Below, one piece after another: positions 22,605-31,145 of a stretch of DNA of 44,004 nt. The notes under the pieces are model-generated. The model worked only from the letters and a program-made list of their open reading frames with translations. It did not search any database and was not told where the DNA came from. This DNA is from a virus (lineage: Duplodnaviria > Caudoviricetes): the IMG/VR virus record IMGVR_UViG_3300010223_000005, positions 1-44,004 of that record. One strand, given 5' to 3'. Position numbers and translations under genes: made by a program. Positions within the stretch are counted from its first letter, which is position 1; each line of letters starts with the position of its first letter.

Positions 22605-23860
22605 TAGTTTGTGCTCCTTGAAATTTCATACCAACTTGTACCGTCATATACTAATTGTAGAGTCTTGTCGTCTGCACTTGTGAAGTCTGTTGCAGTCCCA
22701 GCCAAATCAACAGTATTAGATGTGTGAGCATCCGTATCTGTGATTGTCACATTACCATCAACAAAAATAAATGTATAAGTTCCTACACTTGCTCCCGTGA
22801 TAGTTGCAATAGTATTTCCACCACCATCACCAGTAATTGTCATCACATTTGAACTCACCGCAAAAGTAGTAGCACCAACTCCCAATGTCGAAGTTCCTTG
22901 TGCTGAGTGTCCGATTATTCCATTGACGATTACAAAAGTATCGAGCAAAATTCCGCCTGTATAAAACTCTGAGCCAATTACTACTTGATTATTAGCCGTT
23001 GGTTGTCCGTTGTAACCAAATATCGCTGGGGAATTATAAGACGTCTTATATCCCGCTCGGTAGCCAAGTGCTATTGAGTAATCTAATTCTGTTGCAGTCG
23101 TAGAATCTAGTGCTTGGTAAGGCATTGCGATTATGTAGTTAAGAGTGTTGTCAGATGTCTTATAAGCATTTCGATAACCGCTCATTGTTGAGTAATACAC
23201 ATTCCCAGTTGCTGAATAAGCATTTCGATCACCGCTCATTGTTGAGTAGCTTACGTCACCAGTCGCTGAATAAGCATTTCCCCCACCACTCATTGTTGAG
23301 TAATACACACTCCCAGTTGCTGAATAAGCATTTTGATAACCGCTCATTGTTGAGTAGCTTACGCTACCAGTTGCTGAATAAGCATTTCGATAACCGCTCA
23401 TTGTTGAGTAATACACATTCCCAGTTGCTGAATAAGCATTTCGATCACCGCTCATTGTTGAGTAATACACACTCCCAGTTGCGCTGTATGCATTTTGATA
23501 ACCGCTCATTGTTGAGTAAAACACATTCCCAGTTGCGCTGTATGCATTTTGATAACCGCTGTAAAATACAAAATCCTTATCTGCATCTGTTTCCGCATTT
23601 AAGTTACCACTCCCAAATATTGTAGAGTAATTCCCAGCCGTTCCTACATTGTGCGTGAAGAATGCATTATCACTTTCATCAAAATAAAGTCCACCAAGCC
23701 CATCATAACCCAAATATTCACCCAATAATTTTAAGCTTCGTGAATGACGAGGTGTAAGCGAAGTCCCATCATCAATCCACTTTGAGGGTTTCTCTATAAG
23801 CCCAAAATCTTGTGCAAATAAAGAAGCGGTAAACAGAAATAATATTATTAACTTTTTCAT
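22604..23860 (-). CDS. Signal-peptide-bearing fibre/adhesin-like protein with 18-aa repeats
   Basis: MKKLIILFLFTASLFA|Q; Gly/Tyr/Ala/Asn beta-solenoid repeats; C-terminal LVYDGTSWYEISR. Confidence 0.75.
   Translation of the reverse strand: MKKLIILFLFTASLFAQDFGLIEKPSKWIDDGTSLTPRHSRSLKLLGEYLGYDGLGGLYFDESDNAFFTHNVGTAGNYSTIFGSGNLNAETDADKDFVFYSGYQNAYSATGNVFYSTMSGYQNAYSATGSVYYSTMSGDRNAYSATGNVYYSTMSGYRNAYSATGSVSYSTMSGYQNAYSATGSVYYSTMSGGGNAYSATGDVSYSTMSGDRNAYSATGNVYYSTMSGYRNAYKTSDNTLNYIIAMPYQALDSTTATELDYSIALGYRAGYKTSYNSPAIFGYNGQPTANNQVVIGSEFYTGGILLDTFVIVNGIIGHSAQGTSTLGVGATTFAVSSNVMTITGDGGGNTIATITGASVGTYTFIFVDGNVTITDTDAHTSNTVDLAGTATDFTSADDKTLQLVYDGTSWYEISRSTN
23162..23560. repeat. 54-bp tandem repeat, about 7.4 copies
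   Basis: Unit encodes SG(YQ/DR/YR/GG)NAYSATG(N/S/D)V(F/Y/S)YSTM. Confidence 0.95.
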
Positions 23861-23868
23861 TGTTCCTC

Positions 23869-24321
23869 CTATTTCCCGACATAAATTAAAATTGGAGTAT
23901 TAGTCGAATCGGTCTTAATGCCTACCGTACTTGTAGAATCATACCATTGAATCATATCAATAAAATCATTTTCTGCTCCAATCTTTACAGTATTAACCGA
24001 ATCACTCCCTAAGTAAATATTAGCGATATCATCTTGATTCATTAAGTATAGAAATTTAATCGCTGAAGTATCTGCGAATATCTCTGAAAGCCATACCCAA
24101 TGATTAGACGCTGTATAAAGAGTGTCTAATTTTACTGTTGATGTTGAGGAATAAGCCATAGCTATGATCTCACTTATTGCCTTGATCCTTAATGCTTCTT
24201 CAGTATTCTCAAAGACATCGTGCAAAGTTTGGGCTTCGCTTGCCATTCTACTCCTCTTGTCCGTGTTCTGTGCAAAGCTTATGCTCACAAACAACATCAA
24301 AAGGATAATTATTTTTTTCAT
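23869..24321 (-). CDS. Signal-peptide hypothetical protein
   Basis: MKKIIILLMLFVSISFA|Q. Confidence 0.75.
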   Translation of the reverse strand: MKKIIILLMLFVSISFAQNTDKRSRMASEAQTLHDVFENTEEALRIKAISEIIAMAYSSTSTVKLDTLYTASNHWVWLSEIFADTSAIKFLYLMNQDDIANIYLGSDSVNTVKIGAENDFIDMIQWYDSTSTVGIKTDSTNTPILIYVGK

Positions 24322-24329
24322 TTTATCTC

Positions 24330-27300
24330 CTAATGGTTTTTTAAGTATTCATAAAGTAATCTGCCAATAATCGGGAGTTCTTTTATTGTTTTGATGCTCC
24401 GGTCTCTGGATTCGATTATTGTTATTGCATCTTGTAATGTTGAGCTTATGATGTCCATAGGGGGTATCAATTTATTCCCTATAAATCCTTCAACTCCTTT
24501 GTAATTGAACATTTGTGCGTCATACCTACTTAACATAGCTATATTAAGCAAGTTGTCTAAAACTTCTTCCGGGAAACTTAATTCTTTGTCATCGTCTAAT
24601 AAGGATATTAACCAACTTCTAAATAGATCTACCGACCCCCCCACCATAGGAAGTGTTACACCTAATTTCATCAAGTTTTTCCAACCCTCTTTCCTCTGTT
24701 CGACCGGGAGGTTTTTATCTCTTATGACTCCGGCAGTCTCTTTAAGGAAGAAGTTCATTTGTCTAATTCCAAAGGTCTTTAGGAAATAAGCTATTCTCCA
24801 ATTACCATATTTATTATAATAATAGGGTAGCTCTGTCAAAGTAATCGGCTGAACGTTCGCAAGTTCATTGAACAACAGAAACGAAACGCTATCAGATTTC
24901 CGTCCCGCCTTTAAATCACTTATAGCTTTAGCCTTTTCTGCCCCTTTGCCGAAATATCTTTCTAATCTTCTATTAAAATCAGCATCATCCGGGTTTTCTC
25001 TTGCCAAGACCTTAAACTTCTCCCAAACAGCATTTATTCTGACTTCCTTTCCTATCATATCTACGCTTGTGAACCCACTTACTTTTAGCAGATCGTTTAC
25101 CATAGACTGCCTTCCGGTTATAGATGCAAGTTCTTGTGCTATTCTGCTATTAGTCCACCCTATTTCCTCTAAGGTAAAACCCTCCCTTTTAGCGAATTCT
25201 TCTGGGGAGTATTGCCTTTCTTTCAATGCACGCATTAAAGTTTTAGCAGTTAATGTGGGAGACTCAGCTATTGAAAAACTTAAATCTTTAATCTGGGTTA
25301 GCGTAGCAAATGGATTTGCTAATTTTGTAGCTATACCTATTGATCTGATCGCCTTGAATAATTTGTTCTCGGCTCTTGATTTATTAAATCTTGCTTTAAG
25401 TAAATCTGTTAGTTCTGAGGTCACTGTGCTGGGTATTTTAACCCTTAGTTTCAATATTAAATTGCCCAATGATTTTTCTGGGTCAAAGCCTCCCGCACCA
25501 AATAATCTCCTTTCTTCTATGAGTTCAGCTTGCTGGTTCAAATACAAATACAATCCAGTCGCTGGGTCGTGATAAAACCTTGCTATTTCTGCGTCAAGAA
25601 TTGGGATTGCTCTTTTCTTAAAATTGCCTAAATCAGATAACTTGATGCCCGGATTATACCCCCTTAAAGCGTTATTGATTAAAGTGGCTTTATCGTCATC
25701 CGACAATTTACCTCTTTTAGCTTCTGCTTCTCTTATGAGTTTGCCGAATATGTCCCTATATTCATTTGGAAATTTTTCTTCAAGATAGTTTAAGAATGCT
25801 TTTGAATCACTTACCATACGTGGGAAGTGATCGCTTATCTGTTTGATTTTCAATATACCCGCAAGATGGTCTTTGTAATTCATTAGTCTGTCAAACTCTT
25901 CCACAAAGTCATATTTCTTAGCCAATTCTCTTGCCGATTTGAAATCTCGGTTGTACACCATCACACCAAATTTGCTGATCTCACCTTTTGACATTTTAGA
26001 AAACTTTTCAAAAAACGGATTGAATATTTTCTCGATTTGTATTTGTCGCTTACCTAAAGCCATATCAAACTGTCTTATCCTTCTCCATATTTCTGGGGAA
26101 ATCTTTTCTATCATGTCCCCTATGTTGCCAGCCGCTTTCCGGATAAAGTCTTTGGTGTCTTCTAATGTTTCTTTATATTGTCTCCGTGCCTTATCTGCAT
26201 AAGTGCCTCCCCAAATCGGGTTTTCTTCAGCTTCTTTATAGATTTCTTCTTTTGGTTTCTTTGCTATGTTTTTGAAAAACTCTTTATCTTCGGCTACGTT
26301 CAAAGTAGTCTTGAAGAAAGGATTCCTTTGCTGGAGTTCTATTGCTTTTTTGGCAAATTCATCTCTGATTTCTTTGAATAATTTGGCAAGTCTTGGTTTA
26401 ACCCAATCGCCTAAATCGCTTATCATTTTTTTGGCGAAGTCTGCAAATTTAGTAGCACCTTGTCTAAAATGATAAGACCCAACTTTATATAAATCTCTGT
26501 AAAGCTCTGGGTTTAATAGTCCTACAGAAGATAAATTGTTAAGATTGCTCCTTAGATTTTTTCTTGCTTTGTCATAATCATCGAATAAGTTTTCTTGGGA
26601 TTTGTCTTCTGGCTTTTGCTCGAATAAAGGCGTACCCTCAGCGCCCTTCCCCTCTCCCCTTCCAGCTATCGGGGCAATAGGAAATTGTGGCTTCATTTCT
26701 GAGCCTAAAGTATATTGATCTCCGGCTTTTGTGCGTTCTACTGTGGGCATTTTGGGAATTTGCCCTTGTGGTTGCGCCGGGTCTAAAAAAGTATCTGGGA
26801 CAGAAATGGATTGAGTATTTCCTTTTGAATCTTTATACTCAATTACTACTTGCTGATTATCGTTTCTTGGTTTTAATACTTTTGCGAAAGTGCCCTTTTT
26901 AAGATCAGGGTGTCCTTCGTAGTTCGGATTTCTGTCTAATACTACTCGGCTTCCTTTTGTAGTAACCGCTTCGTCAAATGCTTTTGCCTGCTGTTGTAAC
27001 TGGACATCGTTTCTTAATTCTTCTGCTTTCGACTCTATAATCTTTTCACTACCGGTAATAGAATCGTCAAACGGGGTTACTTCTTCACCAAACTCAAAAG
27101 ATGTGTCGCCTTCTGATTCTTCTTTAGACCTCTCCTCAATATAAGCGTCAAGGTCTGATTCTATTTCTTCTTGGGATGCGAAATAACCATTTGTAAAAGT
27201 TATCCCTCCATACCTCTCTATATAATCGTCTAATTTTACTACAAAATCTCTGACTATTTGTGCTTCTTTAGATTGCTCCTTGCCGGCATCTTCTTCAATA

Positions 27301-29309
27301 TCACTCACACCTTTGTCGATTTTCTTTTGTCCGAACCCTTTGGGTATAAGGGATTTCAAATCGTCCGGCAGAAACTCTTTATTACCCAACATTCGTGTTA
27401 AGTAAGTTTGTCTGTCTATGCTTTCGTTGCTTAATTTTTCAAAGGGAACTTGGGCTTCTTCGGACTCCACTTCTATATCTTCAACTTTCTGAAGTTGAGG
27501 TTTTTGTTTTAAGAATATTCTCTGTCCATCTACGGTTACTTTCCCGCTTTGATATTTTGCATCAACTCCCTTTTCCCTTAGTTTTTGAACTTCTTTTTTG
27601 ATTTGAGCATTTAAACTATTCTTTTGTGCCGGAGTCGCATTTTTATAATCCGTAGTTAGCCTGTCTATTTCGTTTAGTGTTGTGAAGTTATTGCCCAAAG
27701 TCTCACGGGTATCTTCGCTAAGTTTACCAGCCCCTTGTAAAATTACATCTTCGGGGATTTTGTCTTCTTGAGTGTCTTCCGGTTTGTTCAATTCTACGCT
27801 TGGTAGATTAGATTGGCGTTTACTTTCTATTATTTTAGTATCGCCTTTTTCTAATTTATTTTCTTTTTTGAGGTCTTTTCTTATTTCCGGCGTAGTTTTG
27901 TTTTCTTTAATACCCTTCTCAATTATTTCTTCTTTGGTTAGACTTTTAGCTAAGGACTGATTGATTATTTCTTCGTCTGTCAATTGTGGTTCGGGCTGCG
28001 TTTCGCTTCGCTCTAAAGGTGTTGTTGGGACAAATTGCTCGCCCCTCCCAGAAGTCGGAGGGTTAGATGTTACTAACTCCTTTAATAGTTCTTCGGTTTC
28101 TTGCTCAGTTTTAATTTTTTGCCTCTGAGTAGAAATTAGTTTATTATCGCCTCTTTCAAATAGTCCTTCGTCTTTAAGTTCGCTTACTATTTCTGTACTT
28201 TTTTTGCCAGCCTTTATTCCTTCATTTATTATGGTTTGCTTTTTGTCTGGCTGTTTTGATTGTTCTTCTTTTAGCCCCTTTAATCTTATTTCTTCTTCTT
28301 CGGTTAGACCTTCGGCTATCTTCTTGCCCTCTAAATCTTCGATTGCAATACTTATATCTTCATCTGTGATTGGTTGCCCGGTTTCTTCTATGTTCTCAAT
28401 CTCAATGGTTTTATCTACTTCAATAGATTTTTGCTCTTTGCCAAGTTCAATAGGTTCTTGCTCTTTAATAATTCTATCGGTCATTCCAGTCGCTTTTACA
28501 GCACCGCCTAAAATAGCACCTATCTTAAAGTCGTTAGCAACTTCTTCCCAATTTATTTCTTTGCCTTGAGCAAATTTGTCTATGATGTTTTGCAGTCCTT
28601 CTTGAGACCCCTCTAATAAAGAACTAAAAATATGGTCTTTTAATTTTCTGCCTCCAGCGAAAATACCGAACTTGTTTGTTAAACCTATCGTAATCATATT
28701 CGCAAGAGCGGACACTCTCGCAGCTTTATCAGCTTCGTCTTCACTTTTGCCCTCTCTTATCATTTGGTTGCGAGTGCCACCAGCTTCTGTAAATGCCTCC
28801 AAAATAGTAGGTATGCCTATTTGTAAAGCCCTTGCTATTTTGGGTGTGGCAGATAAAACCTTACCCGCAAATCCAGCAGCACCAGCACCGGGAATCATTA
28901 AGCCCGCCATCGAAGCCATACCGCTTGCTAATTCTTCAATTGCATTTGGGTTTTTAGGGGTGATGTCTTGAATGAAATTATTTACATCGTCAGCCAATCC
29001 TTGTGTTGGAAGTCCCATCCAAGCACCAGCACCCAATAATCCATCAGCTATGCCAGCCAGTCCTTGAGCTCCCATACGCCCCAACCTTTCTATATTAGGG
29101 TCATACCCCGTACCACGACTAAAGAACATTCGTCCAATACTCGATAACGTCTCCATAGAAGAAGGGACTAATGCTTCTTGCACAATATCTATTCGGTTTA
29201 TGGCTTTGAGAGCATCATCAAATTCTTTGCCTATGGTCTCATCACGGGTTGCTTCCCCATATAAATAGGTTAGGAAAGCATCAGAATTGTATGTTCTAAG
29301 TTTTCCCAT
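24330..29309 (-). CDS. Large internal virion / DNA ejection protein (1659 aa)
   Basis: Size, Gly/Ala-rich amphipathic N-terminus, charged linker, helical C-terminus; third of three genes after the tail genes. Confidence 0.7.
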   Translation of the reverse strand: MGKLRTYNSDAFLTYLYGEATRDETIGKEFDDALKAINRIDIVQEALVPSSMETLSSIGRMFFSRGTGYDPNIERLGRMGAQGLAGIADGLLGAGAWMGLPTQGLADDVNNFIQDITPKNPNAIEELASGMASMAGLMIPGAGAAGFAGKVLSATPKIARALQIGIPTILEAFTEAGGTRNQMIREGKSEDEADKAARVSALANMITIGLTNKFGIFAGGRKLKDHIFSSLLEGSQEGLQNIIDKFAQGKEINWEEVANDFKIGAILGGAVKATGMTDRIIKEQEPIELGKEQKSIEVDKTIEIENIEETGQPITDEDISIAIEDLEGKKIAEGLTEEEEIRLKGLKEEQSKQPDKKQTIINEGIKAGKKSTEIVSELKDEGLFERGDNKLISTQRQKIKTEQETEELLKELVTSNPPTSGRGEQFVPTTPLERSETQPEPQLTDEEIINQSLAKSLTKEEIIEKGIKENKTTPEIRKDLKKENKLEKGDTKIIESKRQSNLPSVELNKPEDTQEDKIPEDVILQGAGKLSEDTRETLGNNFTTLNEIDRLTTDYKNATPAQKNSLNAQIKKEVQKLREKGVDAKYQSGKVTVDGQRIFLKQKPQLQKVEDIEVESEEAQVPFEKLSNESIDRQTYLTRMLGNKEFLPDDLKSLIPKGFGQKKIDKGVSDIEEDAGKEQSKEAQIVRDFVVKLDDYIERYGGITFTNGYFASQEEIESDLDAYIEERSKEESEGDTSFEFGEEVTPFDDSITGSEKIIESKAEELRNDVQLQQQAKAFDEAVTTKGSRVVLDRNPNYEGHPDLKKGTFAKVLKPRNDNQQVVIEYKDSKGNTQSISVPDTFLDPAQPQGQIPKMPTVERTKAGDQYTLGSEMKPQFPIAPIAGRGEGKGAEGTPLFEQKPEDKSQENLFDDYDKARKNLRSNLNNLSSVGLLNPELYRDLYKVGSYHFRQGATKFADFAKKMISDLGDWVKPRLAKLFKEIRDEFAKKAIELQQRNPFFKTTLNVAEDKEFFKNIAKKPKEEIYKEAEENPIWGGTYADKARRQYKETLEDTKDFIRKAAGNIGDMIEKISPEIWRRIRQFDMALGKRQIQIEKIFNPFFEKFSKMSKGEISKFGVMVYNRDFKSARELAKKYDFVEEFDRLMNYKDHLAGILKIKQISDHFPRMVSDSKAFLNYLEEKFPNEYRDIFGKLIREAEAKRGKLSDDDKATLINNALRGYNPGIKLSDLGNFKKRAIPILDAEIARFYHDPATGLYLYLNQQAELIEERRLFGAGGFDPEKSLGNLILKLRVKIPSTVTSELTDLLKARFNKSRAENKLFKAIRSIGIATKLANPFATLTQIKDLSFSIAESPTLTAKTLMRALKERQYSPEEFAKREGFTLEEIGWTNSRIAQELASITGRQSMVNDLLKVSGFTSVDMIGKEVRINAVWEKFKVLARENPDDADFNRRLERYFGKGAEKAKAISDLKAGRKSDSVSFLLFNELANVQPITLTELPYYYNKYGNWRIAYFLKTFGIRQMNFFLKETAGVIRDKNLPVEQRKEGWKNLMKLGVTLPMVGGSVDLFRSWLISLLDDDKELSFPEEVLDNLLNIAMLSRYDAQMFNYKGVEGFIGNKLIPPMDIISSTLQDAITIIESRDRSIKTIKELPIIGRLLYEYLKNH

Positions 29310-30122
29310 TTATTTCCAATCGAAAGATTTTATTGTGTGTGGGGCTTTTTTTATTATTATGTTCAAACCCTTAATCATAGTCCTTAATGTTTGTTCTTCG
29401 TCTGGGGTTAGGTCTCCGTCACTAGCCGAAACAATTCCCGCCAATAGTTTCGCCTCGTTCAATATTCCGCCCTTCGCCTTAGCCCTCCTTGCTTCTAAAA
29501 GTAAATCTTGGTATTCTCTTTCTAAATTAGACTTAGCGGCTAAACCGGATAAATCCCCCGCAAGCTCACCATAATCAATATCCTCATTCCTTAAATCATT
29601 TGCGATATTTTTGTCAATCTTGCTTATAAACCCGCTTACATCAGCACCAGCACCAGTTGACCTCGTTTCTTGACCGTCCCCCAAACTAATAGGCATATAA
29701 TAGGCGTTTGGGTCTAAATCACCGGCTATTTTGCCAGTTCTCGTTCTTATCAGATTACCACCAATAGCCCCAGCAGTCCCTTCGGGGACTTGGATATATT
29801 TAGAAGCAAAGTCAGCTTGATCGACATCCGTTCTCCGTTCTCTTTCTAATCTGTTCTCCGCCAACATCCCACTTTGATAATCAGTTTCGGCTTCAAATTT
29901 TTTGGTCTGGTAATCAATATCAGAAGCTAATTTTCTGTTTTTGTAGTCAATATCAGCTTCTTTATAACCAATATCAGAAGCTAAAGACCTATTCCTATAA
30001 TCCATTAACTCGGTGAATTGACGGTTTTGTTCCGCCATTTCTCTTTCTCTTTGCCTTCGGGTTGTCTCTGCTTGATAGGCAGTTAAAAAAGCATTCGATA
30101 ATAGTTGTCCTACGTTAGCCAT
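29310..30122 (-). CDS. Putative ejection protein
   Basis: Helical, Q/R/E-rich with a short internal repeat (YxNRxLASDIxY); synteny. Confidence 0.55.
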   Translation of the reverse strand: MANVGQLLSNAFLTAYQAETTRRQREREMAEQNRQFTELMDYRNRSLASDIGYKEADIDYKNRKLASDIDYQTKKFEAETDYQSGMLAENRLERERRTDVDQADFASKYIQVPEGTAGAIGGNLIRTRTGKIAGDLDPNAYYMPISLGDGQETRSTGAGADVSGFISKIDKNIANDLRNEDIDYGELAGDLSGLAAKSNLEREYQDLLLEARRAKAKGGILNEAKLLAGIVSASDGDLTPDEEQTLRTMIKGLNIIIKKAPHTIKSFDWK

Positions 30123-30123
30123 A

Positions 30124-30924
30124 CTAGAACCTAAAATTAAATGGTTGATAATTGCTGTAACTCATTGGACTTCTTTCGCCAGCGAAAGGAGTGGAAGAAC
30201 TTCGAGTAATTGAATTAGTATTAGACCCAAGACCCGGTATCAATAGACCTAAAGCCGTCCCTAAAGGAGAGGCTATTTGTTCGAAAAAAGAAGGTTGGCT
30301 TGCTTCTAATTGTTCGTTAAATTGCCTCCTTTGTTCTCTTAATTGAGCTATGTTAAATAAACCTTGCGTGCCCATTTGAGCCCCTTGAAGTTGTGCTTGG
30401 GATAGTGCGCTTCCTACTTCTTCAGCGTTTCTTCTTTCAATAGCCTCTCTTTGTTCTTGTGCTATTGCGTTGCTGCCACCCCCGCTTACTCCTTGTGCCC
30501 TTAACCCTCCGACTAAAGTACCCATAGTTGTAGATGTGTCAGAGATAGCTCTTTGGATTTCTTTCCTTAGTTCTTGATAGTAATTAGAATTAGGGTCTGT
30601 AAACTGCTTGTAATTAAACTCCGCTTCCTTCTCTGGAGATAGTGTTTGGAATTGTTCGGATATTTTCTGTTCGAGTTCAGACCTTAAATCATCCGGCATT
30701 CCTTGTGGTATCATAGCGTTTGCGTAAGATTGGGCATACTGATACTGCGTGTCAAAATCATTTGGGTCTAAAGTTGACTGTATCATTTGGTTCATCTGGT
30801 CGAGTATTTTATATCTCGTTTGATTCCCACCCAAGTATTCGGGCACATCCATATTTGCTATTTGATTGTATAAATCAATAGACGGATTTTGTGCAAACTG
30901 TTCTAATAATTGGAATATGTCCAT
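30124..30924 (-). CDS. Putative ejection/pilot protein
   Basis: Q-rich, EQRRQFNEQL followed by a hydrophobic GTALGLLIPG; start at MDIFQ. Confidence 0.6.
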   Translation of the reverse strand: MDIFQLLEQFAQNPSIDLYNQIANMDVPEYLGGNQTRYKILDQMNQMIQSTLDPNDFDTQYQYAQSYANAMIPQGMPDDLRSELEQKISEQFQTLSPEKEAEFNYKQFTDPNSNYYQELRKEIQRAISDTSTTMGTLVGGLRAQGVSGGGSNAIAQEQREAIERRNAEEVGSALSQAQLQGAQMGTQGLFNIAQLREQRRQFNEQLEASQPSFFEQIASPLGTALGLLIPGLGSNTNSITRSSSTPFAGERSPMSYSNYQPFNFRF

Positions 30925-31145
30925 TACTGCCTTCCTATTTCTGTTAAACTTACTTCGTACCAAACACCACCAATCTCTATTTGTATCGCTGCGGTTTTAT
31001 CCGGTTTGAGAACTCCCTTTATGCCAGCACCAACCGAAGAATAAGGGTCGTGTTTACTTTCTATTCTGTCAATTATTTCGTTTATCTTGTTTATTATATT
31101 ATAAACGTCTCTATCTAAATTTTTTGTTGCGTTTATTTTGTTCAT
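30924..31145 (-). CDS. Small virion-module protein
   Basis: ORF track; short coiled coil plus GGVWY. Confidence 0.65.
   Translation of the reverse strand: MNKINATKNLDRDVYNIINKINEIIDRIESKHDPYSSVGAGIKGVLKPDKTAAIQIEIGGVWYEVSLTEIGRQ

Noticed and set aside
23162-23560. CRISPR array or DGR template/variable repeat
   Set aside because: Contiguous in-frame coding repeats with no unique spacers; variation is not adenine-specific and no reverse transcriptase is present.
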